Shown piece after piece: positions 21,764 through 30,008 of a stretch of 64,000 bases of DNA (the first letter of the stretch is position 1; each line of letters opens with the position of its first letter). Location of the stretch: positions 1 to 64,000 of the forward strand of contig CAWJIM010000016.1 of assembly GCA_963842945.1 (NCBI GenBank), in the 5' to 3' direction. This stretch comes from an uncultured Gemmatimonadales bacterium (GTDB lineage Bacteria > Gemmatimonadota > Gemmatimonadetes > Gemmatimonadales > GWC2-71-9). A program made the position numbers and the translations under genes. A model generated the notes under the pieces. The model did not search any database. It saw nothing but the letters and a program-made list of their open reading frames with translations, and was not told the DNA's origin.

Positions 21764-21902
21764 AGGGCCGCCAGGCGAGGTGTATGGTGGCATTGGTGGT
21801 GGGAGTGCGTGGCTGATTGGGATGGGGCGGCGTCGTGCTAGAGCCTGGCCCTGTTGAAATCGGCTATCGAAACGCGTCGGGTTGGAGCAACGTAGGTTCA
21901 GG

Positions 21903-23101
21903 ATGACTCGGTCTCCCCTCCTCCCCCTGCTCTTTCTCGCCTGCAGCAGCGCCACACCGCCCGAGCGCTATGGCTTCGTGGCCACGCTGGGAAGCGACAC
22001 GGTTTCGGTCGAACGGATCGAGCGGTCTCCGACCCGGCTGGTGAGCGACGGGGTCGATCGCTGGCCGTTCGTGCACCAGCGTCACACCGAGTTCGATCTC
22101 GCTCCGGACGGCAAGATCCGTCACATGGTGATGGACGTCCGAACCCCGAACGGCCCGTCGCCCAGGGAACGAGGCCGGCGGGTCACGGCCGACTTTTCCC
22201 GGGACCAGGTGAAGATCTCGGTCCGCGACAGCGCCGGAGTGCGGGACACGGCCTTCGGCACCGGGGGAGCGATCACCGTGCCCCACGCGTCCATGGTTTA
22301 CAGCGCGATAGAGCTGGAGATCGCGGCGGCGCTCCGCCAGGCTGCGGCCGCCGGCCTCGCGCCGGGTGACAGTGTGCTGTTCCGGCAGTTCTACCCCGAT
22401 CGGGACGTGGGACCGAGCTTTACCATGCATCGGGGTTACGTGCACCCGCTGCCCGGCGGCAAGGTCGAACTGAGGCACGGCTGGCTGGCCGGGACGGGCG
22501 ACGTGACGGTAGACAGCGGCGGCCGGATGCTGACCTACTCCGGAATGCGCAGCACCTACAAGGTCTCGGTCGTGCGGACGGCGACAGCGCCGGATGTCGA
22601 GGCAATCGGGGAGCGGATGGCGGCCGCGGAGCGCGCGCACCGGGCCCCAGCAGCTCAGCGTGCGCGACACCACCCGGGCCACCATCGGCAGCGCAACCTT
22701 CTCGGTTGACTACGGACGGCCCCTCCTGCGGGGGCGGACGCTCCTGGGCGACGTGATCAGCTACGACCGGGTCTGGCGCACCGGGGCCAACGCCGCGACC
22801 CAGTTCACCAGCTCGTCCCCGATCACGCTCGCGGGATTGTCGCTGCCGGCGGGCACGTACACCCTGTGGACCGTTCCCCGCCAGACCGGCGTCGACCTCA
22901 TCGTGAACAAACAGACCGGCCAGTGGGGCACGGAATACAGCCGGGCTCAGGATCTGGGAACGGCGCGCGATGAAAGCCGACAGTGTGACCCCGCCGGTGG
23001 AAAAGTTCACCATCTCGATCGAGCCCGCCGACGCGAGGCACGGCACTCTGGCGATGGCGTGGGGAACGTTTCGATGGACGGCGCCCATCGTGGTGCAGTA
23101 G
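21903..23101 (+). CDS. lipoprotein with C-terminal DUF2911 domain (frameshifts ~22640, ~22967)
   Basis: FLA-C lipobox; VDYGRP..RGR, VWRTGANAAT, PAGTYTLWTVP; ends MAWGTFRWTAPIVVQ*. Confidence 0.8.
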
Positions 23102-23235
23102 CCGAAGCGACGCGCCGCCGCAGACAGCCCACCTGCATACTTGATCTGACCGAAGTACGTGACCTTACTTCGTCTGACGGCCTCCGTGCCAACCAAGGAT
23201 TAGCTCCATCAGGCCTTCAGGCGGGAGTCTGTAGA

Positions 23236-23638
23236 ATGAAGCTCAAAGCAATGCTGACCGTTTCAGCAGTTTATCAGGCCATTATAGGCGTGGGCATGAT
23301 GCTGGTTCCCCGGCAGTTCGGTATCGGTGCCATTCCAGCCGATGCCCCGCCCGCGCTGATTGCTTTTCTCCGAATCTTCGGTGGTCCCATGGTGGGGATT
23401 GCAGTGCTGAACTGGATGGCCCGGAACCTGGAACCTTCGCCGGCGCGGGAGGCCATCGTCCTGGCCAATATCGCAGGGTTTGGCTGCGTCACTGCCATGG
23501 ACGTGTGGGGCGTGCTGAGCGGCGACGCGCGGCCGGTCGCGCAAGTGTTCCTGATGATACATCTGCTTATGACCGTTGCCTTCCTCGTCGGCATGGCAAA
23601 CCAACATGCCACGACGCGAGCTTCGGCCCGGGCATTAA
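23236..23638 (+). CDS. hypothetical membrane protein (stop probably masked by a frameshift)
   Basis: 4 TM helices; reads through into the next gene, which has its own RBS+ATG. Confidence 0.55.
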
Positions 23639-23652
23639 GAGGACAAGGCGAC

Positions 23653-24081
23653 ATGTCGGCACTGTTATCGCGAAGCGACATCGCGGTCACGGTAGGTCTT
23701 TTCAGCGCGATCGGGCTGGTGGTGATCGCCCGCATTTTCGCGGGCCGTCGCGAGTTGCTGGTTTACGGCGTCGGCCTGGGCTTCACCGCGGTCGAGTATA
23801 TCGCCCTCGGCCTGCTCGCAGGGGCTCCGGCGGGCTATCTCGGGTGGGAGCTCGTCGGCGCCCTCCTCTTCGGGATTGCCGCCCTGCTCGGAACCAGACG
23901 CTGGCCTCTGCTGCTGGCGCTGGGGTGGACGGCCCATGTGGCATGGGATCTCTTTTTCCATGAGACCGGCTCGGGATTCGCGCCAGCCTGGCTTCCGTGG
24001 TTTTGCGTCGGCTTCGACCTCTTCATAGGCGGGTACATCGCCGGTCTGATCAGGGTCACACCACAAAGCTCCGCTACATGA
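23653..24081 (+). CDS. hypothetical membrane protein
   Basis: GAGG/AAGG RBS; HVAWD..H, PWFCVGFD. Confidence 0.6.
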   Translation: MSALLSRSDIAVTVGLFSAIGLVVIARIFAGRRELLVYGVGLGFTAVEYIALGLLAGAPAGYLGWELVGALLFGIAALLGTRRWPLLLALGWTAHVAWDLFFHETGSGFAPAWLPWFCVGFDLFIGGYIAGLIRVTPQSSAT

Positions 24082-24091
24082 TCTCGTTCTG

Positions 24092-24565
24092 ATGACGCTT
24101 GGCGGGGGGAGTTCGGTTGTCGTCCGTCCGGTCCAACGGGCGGACTTCGATAATTGGCTGCCGCTCTGGGACGGCTACAACGCCTTCTATGGCCGGAGCG
24201 GCCCGACGGCGCTCCCGCTCGAGATCACGGAGTCTACCTGGCGCCGCTTCTTTGACCCAGCAGAGCCGGTATTCGCTCTGGTGGCAGACGAGGGTGGCAA
24301 GCTCGTGGGTCTCACGCACTACCTCTACCACCGAAGCACGACGCGAATCGAGCTGACCTGCTATCTCCAGGATCTCTTCACGGAGCCCGCCGAGCGGGGC
24401 CGAGGAATCGGCAGAGCGCTGATCGAGGGGGTGTATGAGCAGGCGCGGGCCGCGGGGATCCGGCGGGTATACTGGCAGACCCAGGACTCGAACGCCGCGG
24501 GCCGCCTGCTCTACGAGAAGGTCGCCAAGCACGGCGGGTTCATTGTGTATACCGCGGAGCTGTGA
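24092..24565 (+). CDS. GNAT family N-acetyltransferase
   Basis: YLQDLF, RGRGIGRALI, N..GRLLY. Confidence 0.92.
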   Translation: MTLGGGSSVVVRPVQRADFDNWLPLWDGYNAFYGRSGPTALPLEITESTWRRFFDPAEPVFALVADEGGKLVGLTHYLYHRSTTRIELTCYLQDLFTEPAERGRGIGRALIEGVYEQARAAGIRRVYWQTQDSNAAGRLLYEKVAKHGGFIVYTAEL

Positions 24566-24733
24566 CCGGCATGCGCCTCCCAACGAGGTCGGCCGGCGCG
24601 ACGTAAAGGGAGTGTCCGGCATTCCCGGTCCTGAGTGCCTGTCTCTTGTGAGTCGAAGGAGAATTTCGTAGTGTTAGAGTAGCCGGCTTCTACGTCACAA
24701 GACGTAGACCCGCAGATTTACTCGGAGGTCGTT

Positions 24734-25321
24734 ATGCGCAGTGCCTTCCTGTTTCCGCTCTCACTCGGCCTTGTCGTTGCAGCCGGCTGCGCCTCCCCGG
24801 TCAAGGAGCAGGCCGCGGCACGTTCCGATCTGGAGCGGGATCTCACCCTCGCCAGCAGCACGCGCGAAACCGCTATTGCCACCCCCATCGAGCTGGGGCG
24901 GATTCGCCAGCCGGCGGGTAGCCAGAACAATGTTTCATCTCGGCACAAAGTGGTGCGCCACAGGGCGGCTCCCCGCTCTACCGTAAGCTCACCCAAGCCA
25001 GTCCCCGTGGTTGCCTCGGCTCCAGCGCCGGCACCGGCACCGGCAGTAGCCCAGCCTGAGCCGATGCCGGCGGACCCGCACGAGCTTCCTCCTGGAAAGA
25101 CGGTCACCATCATTCCGGCAAGCAGCGGTCCCTCCACCGCCGACCCGGACGGCTTCCCCCGGCCGGGGTATGGAACAGGTGGTAGCGGCATGGGTGGAGG
25201 TGGCAGCGGCATGGGTGGAGGTGAAAGGGCCGGTGGCGGCAGCGGGATGGGCGGCGACTGTCCCCGTCCCGATTTCGGTCCCAGGACCATCGCCGGCAGG
25301 ACACGCGGACTGTTGTATTAG
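24734..25321 (+). CDS. Pro/Gly-rich lipoprotein
   Basis: GGAGG RBS; AAG-C lipobox; PAPAPAP and GSGMGGG repeats. Confidence 0.7.
   Translation: MRSAFLFPLSLGLVVAAGCASPVKEQAAARSDLERDLTLASSTRETAIATPIELGRIRQPAGSQNNVSSRHKVVRHRAAPRSTVSSPKPVPVVASAPAPAPAPAVAQPEPMPADPHELPPGKTVTIIPASSGPSTADPDGFPRPGYGTGGSGMGGGGSGMGGGERAGGGSGMGGDCPRPDFGPRTIAGRTRGLLY
25181..25222 (+). repeat. 21-bp coding tandem repeat x2 (GSGMGGG)
   Basis: ggtagcggcatgggtggaggt / ggcagcggcatgggtggaggt. Confidence 0.8.
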
Positions 25322-25336
25322 GCGGAGAGTTGGAAC

Positions 25337-25383
25337 GGCGGAGGGCCGGAGGAGTGATCAACTCTTCCGGCCCTCCGCCTTTA
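25337..25383. terminator. intrinsic terminator hairpin between convergent genes
   Basis: 19-bp stem ggcggagggccggaggagt / actcttccggccctccgcc (one G-T pair), followed by TTT. Confidence 0.75.
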
Positions 25384-25411
25384 GTATGTCCTTAAATCTG
25401 CGCCCTCGGGC

Positions 25412-25949
25412 TCAAGGCTTCGAGGCGGACCGCGGGTCGTCCTTCGAGGAAACGTAGGTGATGGCGAACGGGCCGGTGCTCTGCACCTCCACAACTGCGT
25501 GGCTGGCTGCGTGGAGGTAATGCGGCTCCTTAGCGGCGAGCGTCACCGGCGCGTCAGCAGCCACCTCTTTCATGGCCTTGTCATTCCACTTGGCCCCTTG
25601 GCCAACGTGCACCGTGCCCTCGAGCACGCGGAGCGTCTCGCTCGTGGGGTGGTAGTGCGGACGGATAGTGTAGTCGGGGGGCATGTCGATCCGCAGGGTG
25701 AACGGGCCAGCCTTCCCCGGGTCGCCCGAGATGACAGCTACCTTCGACCCCGGCGGCAGACCCGGCGGTGCCGGCCCCCAAGTTCACACCAGCATCATTT
25801 GCGGTGTCCGCTGTGGCCGCAGAGGCAGAAACCGTCGTGTCGGTGCGGGTCTGGTCGGCGGCCGCGCTGCGGTCTGCGGTGCCGTCGCCACTGCGTCCAC
25901 AGCCGAGCAGCAGGCCGAGGGCGGATGACAGGATCAGCGTACTGCGCAT
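25412..25949 (-). CDS. cupin-domain lipoprotein (frameshift ~25780)
   Basis: LLG-C lipobox; GDPGKAGPFTLR, PHYHP..E, PHY cupin motifs. Confidence 0.75.
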
Positions 25950-26141
25950 GGTGCCGTCCCTCCGAAAATGCCGCAAAGCCTCGAACGTGCGGGCCAGTCC
26001 CGCATGGCGCCGGGGCGGTGTGGCAGATGCAGGATAGACCGCGGAACGGCGGTCCGCCAGGGCCATCGTTGACGAGCGCGATCTTCGTGACGCCGGATTG
26101 AAACTAGCGCGAAGTCATCGGCACCTCGCCACCGGTGGGGC

Positions 26142-26210
26142 TTACTTGAATTGCTGTATCAGGATCCCGACCCATACAAGCAGGACCGTTACCCACAGCA
26201 AAGCTCGCAT
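26142..26210 (-). CDS. putative 22-aa single-TM small protein (not in ORF track)
   Basis: AGGAGG 6 nt before ATG; MRALLWVTVLLVWVGILIQQFK*. Confidence 0.5.
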   Translation of the reverse strand: MRALLWVTVLLVWVGILIQQFK

Positions 26211-26375
26211 AAGAAACCTCCTGCGAAGGTAGTGGGTGTGCTCTCAGGGGGGCCATCTCCTCTTGCTGGCATTTCTTGTCGCGTGGTGGGCAGAAGGTTG
26301 TAAGGTAAGCCCTTCGGTGATCCGCGCCATGGCCCTCAGCTCTGCGCGCCCGGCGTCATTCGATAGAATTCACCG

Positions 26376-27188
26376 ATGCCCAGGCACCTCACCTCCATCC
26401 TGTTACTCCTCGTCGCCGGGGCCTGCCAGACAGGCCGCAACTATACCAGCATGGAAGGACCCCGCTACGCCGGCGAGCCACCGGTTGAAGCTGCCAGCCG
26501 CGCAGCCCGGACTCCGGCTGCGCTACGGATCGTGTCCTTCAATGTCGAGTACGCAATTCAGGTGGACAGCGCCATCGCGGTGCTGACCTCCGAGCCGGCC
26601 CTGCGTGGGGCCGACCTCGTCCTCCTTCAGGAGATGGACGAGCAAGCAACCCGGCGCATCGCCGACACCCTGGGCATGTGGTATGTGTACTATCCGGCCG
26701 TCTTTCGCTTCAACACCCAACGCGATCTCGGTAACGCGGTGCTCTCTCGCTGGCCCATTATCCAGGACCGTAAGATCGTATTACCACATCTGTCCCGGGT
26801 CGTCCGCTCTCAGCGAGTGGCAACCGCGGCAGCTGTTCGGGTGAATCAGTCGCTGGTGTGGGTTTACTCGGTCCACCTGGGAACCATGGCCGGCCTGGCA
26901 CCAGGGGCCCGGCGCGACCAGCTCCGCACCATCCTGGTGGACGCCGAGCGCCACGCACACGTGGTGATCGGCGGTGACATGAACGACCCCGGCATCGGCC
27001 AGACCGCTCGGGAAGCCGGGTACGTCTGGCCGACCCAACGTGGCCCAAACACCACCCGAGTGGGCCGCCTGGATCACATTTTCGTCAAGGGCTTGGGGAC
27101 GCCCGACAGTGGGGCTGCGGGCACCGTTCTCAACGTGCGCCGGGCCAGCGACCATCTCCCGGTCTGGGCAATCGCACTTATTCGCTGA
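26376..27188 (+). CDS. endonuclease/exonuclease/phosphatase (EEP) family lipoprotein
   Basis: AGA-C lipobox; SFNV, LLQE, VHL, GGDMN, LDHIF, SDHLP. Confidence 0.9.
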   Translation: MPRHLTSILLLLVAGACQTGRNYTSMEGPRYAGEPPVEAASRAARTPAALRIVSFNVEYAIQVDSAIAVLTSEPALRGADLVLLQEMDEQATRRIADTLGMWYVYYPAVFRFNTQRDLGNAVLSRWPIIQDRKIVLPHLSRVVRSQRVATAAAVRVNQSLVWVYSVHLGTMAGLAPGARRDQLRTILVDAERHAHVVIGGDMNDPGIGQTAREAGYVWPTQRGPNTTRVGRLDHIFVKGLGTPDSGAAGTVLNVRRASDHLPVWAIALIR

Positions 27189-27257
27189 GGTACCCAGCAT
27201 GCTGGACGCACCGGCCCAAGGAGCAGTGGGGAGCCATTTGTCGAGGCAGCGGAGTGC

Positions 27258-27334
27258 TAAGTTGTTGACTGGTGAAGTGCCCGAGGCGAGAGTCGAATTC
27301 GCACGAGGTTGCCCTCGGGGGATAGAGTCCCTGC
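27258..27334 (-). pseudogene. degenerate tRNA-Leu-like 3' fragment (att-site scar) with adjacent IHF-like site
   Basis: Minus strand reads gcagggactctatcccccgagggcaacctcgtgcgaattcgactctcgcctcgggcac: damaged anticodon arm, long variable arm GAGG-gcaa-CCTC, T-loop TTCGACT, acceptor 3' strand, discriminator A; no D-arm or 5' end; TAAGTTGTTGACT at 27258-27270. Confidence 0.75.
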
Positions 27335-27418
27335 CCAGCTAGACCATAAGGCTTCGCAACCGACTCCTTACCGCCCCAAACCCCCGTCCCTGCGACTCAG
27401 CAGGGGACGATTTCCATC

Positions 27419-27472
27419 CCAAGAACAGTTCTCACTCCCTTCAGAATTTCTTAATAGAGAATACTCCAGATT
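27419..27472 (+). promoter_or_regulatory. 11-bp direct-repeat regulon box + -10
   Basis: CCAAG-N4-GTTCT-N6-CTTCA-N6-CTTAA-N12-CAGATT. Confidence 0.55.
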
Positions 27473-27505
27473 GGCCGGAGCAAAGTCCCCCGCTCTGGAG
27501 CCCTC

Positions 27506-27649
27506 ATGTACTCTGATTTCGGCAGCCCAGCAGACCCGGTCTGGCAGAACTCGGTGACCTGGTTGCTGTTCTGGCTACTTATGGCGGCGGTGGTCTGGTT
27601 CATCGTCAACCGATCCGATAAGGGCCCTCGCGAGGGACAGGACCAGTGA
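27506..27649 (+). CDS. 47-aa single-TM small protein (not in ORF track)
   Basis: GGAG RBS; MYSDFGSPADPVWQNSVTWLLFWLLMAAVVWFIVNRSDKGPREGQDQ*; TGA overlaps the next GTG (GTGA coupling). Confidence 0.7.
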   Translation: MYSDFGSPADPVWQNSVTWLLFWLLMAAVVWFIVNRSDKGPREGQDQ

Positions 27650-28176
27650 GCCCCAGAACGCTCAGCCTCTTGGCACTAGCTGCGACTCTGTCCTGCCACC
27701 CGCCCACATACGGCGACCCGGTACCCGTCGAGGGAAGCCAGGAAGCGATCTCGGCGATAGCGGGGGATTGGAGCGGCCAGTACCGGAGCAAGGATGCCGG
27801 CCGGCATGGAGTCATCCGCTTCGTCATGCCTGAACGCGCGGACACTGGATTCGGGGAAGTGGAGATCACCTTCTCCCCTGCACTCGCATCGGCGGCTGCC
27901 GGTGCAGCTGTAGATCCAAAGATCGATAAGGATGTCGATCGGCTCGACCCGGAGCCCTGTCCATTCCTCAGCATCAAGGTCGTACGGATCGAAAAGAATG
28001 CGGTGCGCGGAACCCTGGCCCCCTACTGGGACCCCGATTGCGAATGCCGCACCCAAACGGTTTTCGAGGGCAAGATCTCGGGCAATCGGATCGAGGGAAC
28101 GTTCAGCTCCAGGAGACAGTCGGCTGAACGTCCGGTCTTCACCGGTAAATGGCAAGTCGAGCGGGTCCGATCCTAG
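27646..28176 (+). CDS. hypothetical beta-rich lipoprotein
   Basis: TLS-C lipobox; AGDWSGQY, YWDPDCEC. Confidence 0.7.
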   Translation: MSPRTLSLLALAATLSCHPPTYGDPVPVEGSQEAISAIAGDWSGQYRSKDAGRHGVIRFVMPERADTGFGEVEITFSPALASAAAGAAVDPKIDKDVDRLDPEPCPFLSIKVVRIEKNAVRGTLAPYWDPDCECRTQTVFEGKISGNRIEGTFSSRRQSAERPVFTGKWQVERVRS

Positions 28177-28191
28177 GAGGAACAACAAGTC

Positions 28192-28933
28192 ATGACACGC
28201 GTCCTTCACCGTACCCGAGATCTCATTGGAGCAGGCGCTGCAACCGCGGCCCTGTTCGGCACCGGCTTGATCGCGCTGAACTGGTTGCGCTATGGCAACA
28301 CTCACCCGAAGCGCGGCCGTCCCGATCGACTCCTCGATCACTTCATGCCCTTTTATGAGGTCCGGGAGTATCACGAGATCAGGGTAGCTGCTCCGGCAGA
28401 CCTCACTCTGGCCGTGGCCCGGGAGCTAGACATGCAAAGCTCCGGCCTGGTGCGCGCCATCTTCAAGGGACGGGAGCTGCTCATGGGTGCAGCTCCAGGC
28501 GAGCGCCGGCAGCCGCAGAGCCTTCTCCCCGAGGTCCTGGCGCTGGGATGGCGAATTCTAGCCGAGGAGCCGGGACGAGAGCTGGTGCTGGGCGCAGTCA
28601 CGCAGCCTTGGAAAGCCGACGTCAAGTTCCGAAGCCTTGCTCCCGAGGAATTCGCCCAGTTTCAGCAGCCGGGATACGCCAAGATCGCCTGGACCATGGG
28701 GGTTGAAGCCGCCGGGCCAGACAAGCTCGATCTTCCGCACGGAAACCCGGGTGGCAACTACCGACAGCGATTCCCGCCGGCGCTTCCGCCGATATTGGTC
28801 CATGGTGTCTCCCGGTGTGGTGCTGATCCGGCGTGAGATGCTGCGGTTGGTCCGAGCCGAAGCTGGCAGACGACACCGGTCGACCACTCTCGGCGCCACT
28901 CTGCCCAGCTCCAGCAGCAGCACTGCTTACTAA
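28192..28933 (+). CDS. hypothetical protein (frameshift ~28722)
   Basis: AGGAGG RBS; EPGRELVLG, GYAKIAW, then TETRV..TD..SRRRFRRYW in the shifted frame. Confidence 0.7.
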
Positions 28934-29556
28934 TGCTTCCATCTATGCTCCGTAAGCGCTTCCTACTGCTGTTCGGCCTGGTAACGGTTTGGGTGGTCGC
29001 CCCAGTACGCGCACAGACCACGACAACCGATCAGTTCTGGACCTTCACCACCCGAGTGCTGATGACCGGCAGTTCGGATGAATCCGATCCTCCCGGATAC
29101 CAGGTCTATAGTACTTTCGCACTCGAGGCGGCGCTTCGTCGCGTGCTGGGGAGCTCGTTCACCGCGGAGCTCACCGTCCACACCGAATCCCGTGAGGTGG
29201 ACTCACTCGTGTCGGGAGGCGAGGACCGGCGTCTCGGCTCGCTGGAGCTGCTACCGCTTAATCTTTTTCTCCAGTACCGGCGGTCAGGAGGGAGCCTGCA
29301 TCCGTATGCAGGAGTGGGGGTGAACGCCACATTTGCCTGGGAAAAGAGCGGGGTCCTCGACTCCGTCGACATGAAGCCAAGCTTCGGTCCGGCGATACAG
29401 ATCGGCGCTGACCTCGATCTCTCCCCTCAGGTTCTCTTGAACGCAGATCTGAAGTGGAACCGGCTCCGGGCCGATCTCGAGAACGGAGGAGTTCCCCTTA
29501 CCAGCATCCGCATGGATCCACTGGCGCTGGGCGCCGGCGTCGGCTTCCGCTTTTAA
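28933..29556 (+). CDS. OmpW family outer membrane protein
   Basis: Signal peptide; LHPYAGVGVN, QIGAD, DPLALGAGVGFRF. Confidence 0.85.
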   Translation: MLPSMLRKRFLLLFGLVTVWVVAPVRAQTTTTDQFWTFTTRVLMTGSSDESDPPGYQVYSTFALEAALRRVLGSSFTAELTVHTESREVDSLVSGGEDRRLGSLELLPLNLFLQYRRSGGSLHPYAGVGVNATFAWEKSGVLDSVDMKPSFGPAIQIGADLDLSPQVLLNADLKWNRLRADLENGGVPLTSIRMDPLALGAGVGFRF

Positions 29557-29597
29557 CATCAGAGCCTCGCAGACCAGGCGTGGCGGAGCTTGTCACC

Positions 29598-29999
29598 ATG
29601 ATTTGGCGGGCGTTAATGGTCTGGGTGGGCATTCTTATTCTGGCCGTACTCAACGGCGGGGCGCGGCTGGCGTGGCTGATTCCGTATTTTAGCGAAACAG
29701 CGGGGCGGGCGCTGAGCACGATTGCGCTCTGCGGCCTGGTCTTCGTGGTAGCATGGCTGACGATTAGCTGGATGCGGCCACTCGGCGTCGCTGATGCGCT
29801 AAGGCTGGGGCTGCTGTGGCTACTGCTGACGCTCGCCTTCGAGTTTCTCGCCGGCCACTACCTGTTTCACCAGCCGTGGGCCGTGTTGCTGAAAGATTAC
29901 GACCTCAGCCGCGGACGTATCTCGGGGGTCGCCGTACTCGTGGTGGTGCTATTCGCTCCGCTCTGGAGCATGCGGCTGCGGACGATAAAGCCAGGATGA
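29598..29999 (+). CDS. hypothetical membrane protein
   Basis: AVLNG, WLLLTLAFEFLAGHY. Confidence 0.7.
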   Translation: MIWRALMVWVGILILAVLNGGARLAWLIPYFSETAGRALSTIALCGLVFVVAWLTISWMRPLGVADALRLGLLWLLLTLAFEFLAGHYLFHQPWAVLLKDYDLSRGRISGVAVLVVVLFAPLWSMRLRTIKPG

Positions 30000-30008
30000 C
30001 TCTCAGTC

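Noticed and set aside
23204..23237. CTCCA-N6-CTTCA-N12-TAGAAT as a 12th regulon box
   Set aside because: Only two repeats, no properly spaced inverted half-site, and the -10 overlaps the likely start codon at 23236; weak candidate only.
22594..24081. 495-aa DUF2911-membrane fusion ORF
   Set aside because: Read-through created by frameshifts; DUF2911 ends at TAG 23101 and the downstream genes have their own starts.
27277..27334. Functional tRNA gene
   Set aside because: No 5' acceptor strand or D-arm, damaged anticodon loop and a T-stem mismatch.
26142..29640. Shared VWVGILI peptide between the 22-aa sORF and the 29598 protein
   Set aside because: DNA sequences differ at most synonymous positions; likely hydrophobic-composition coincidence.
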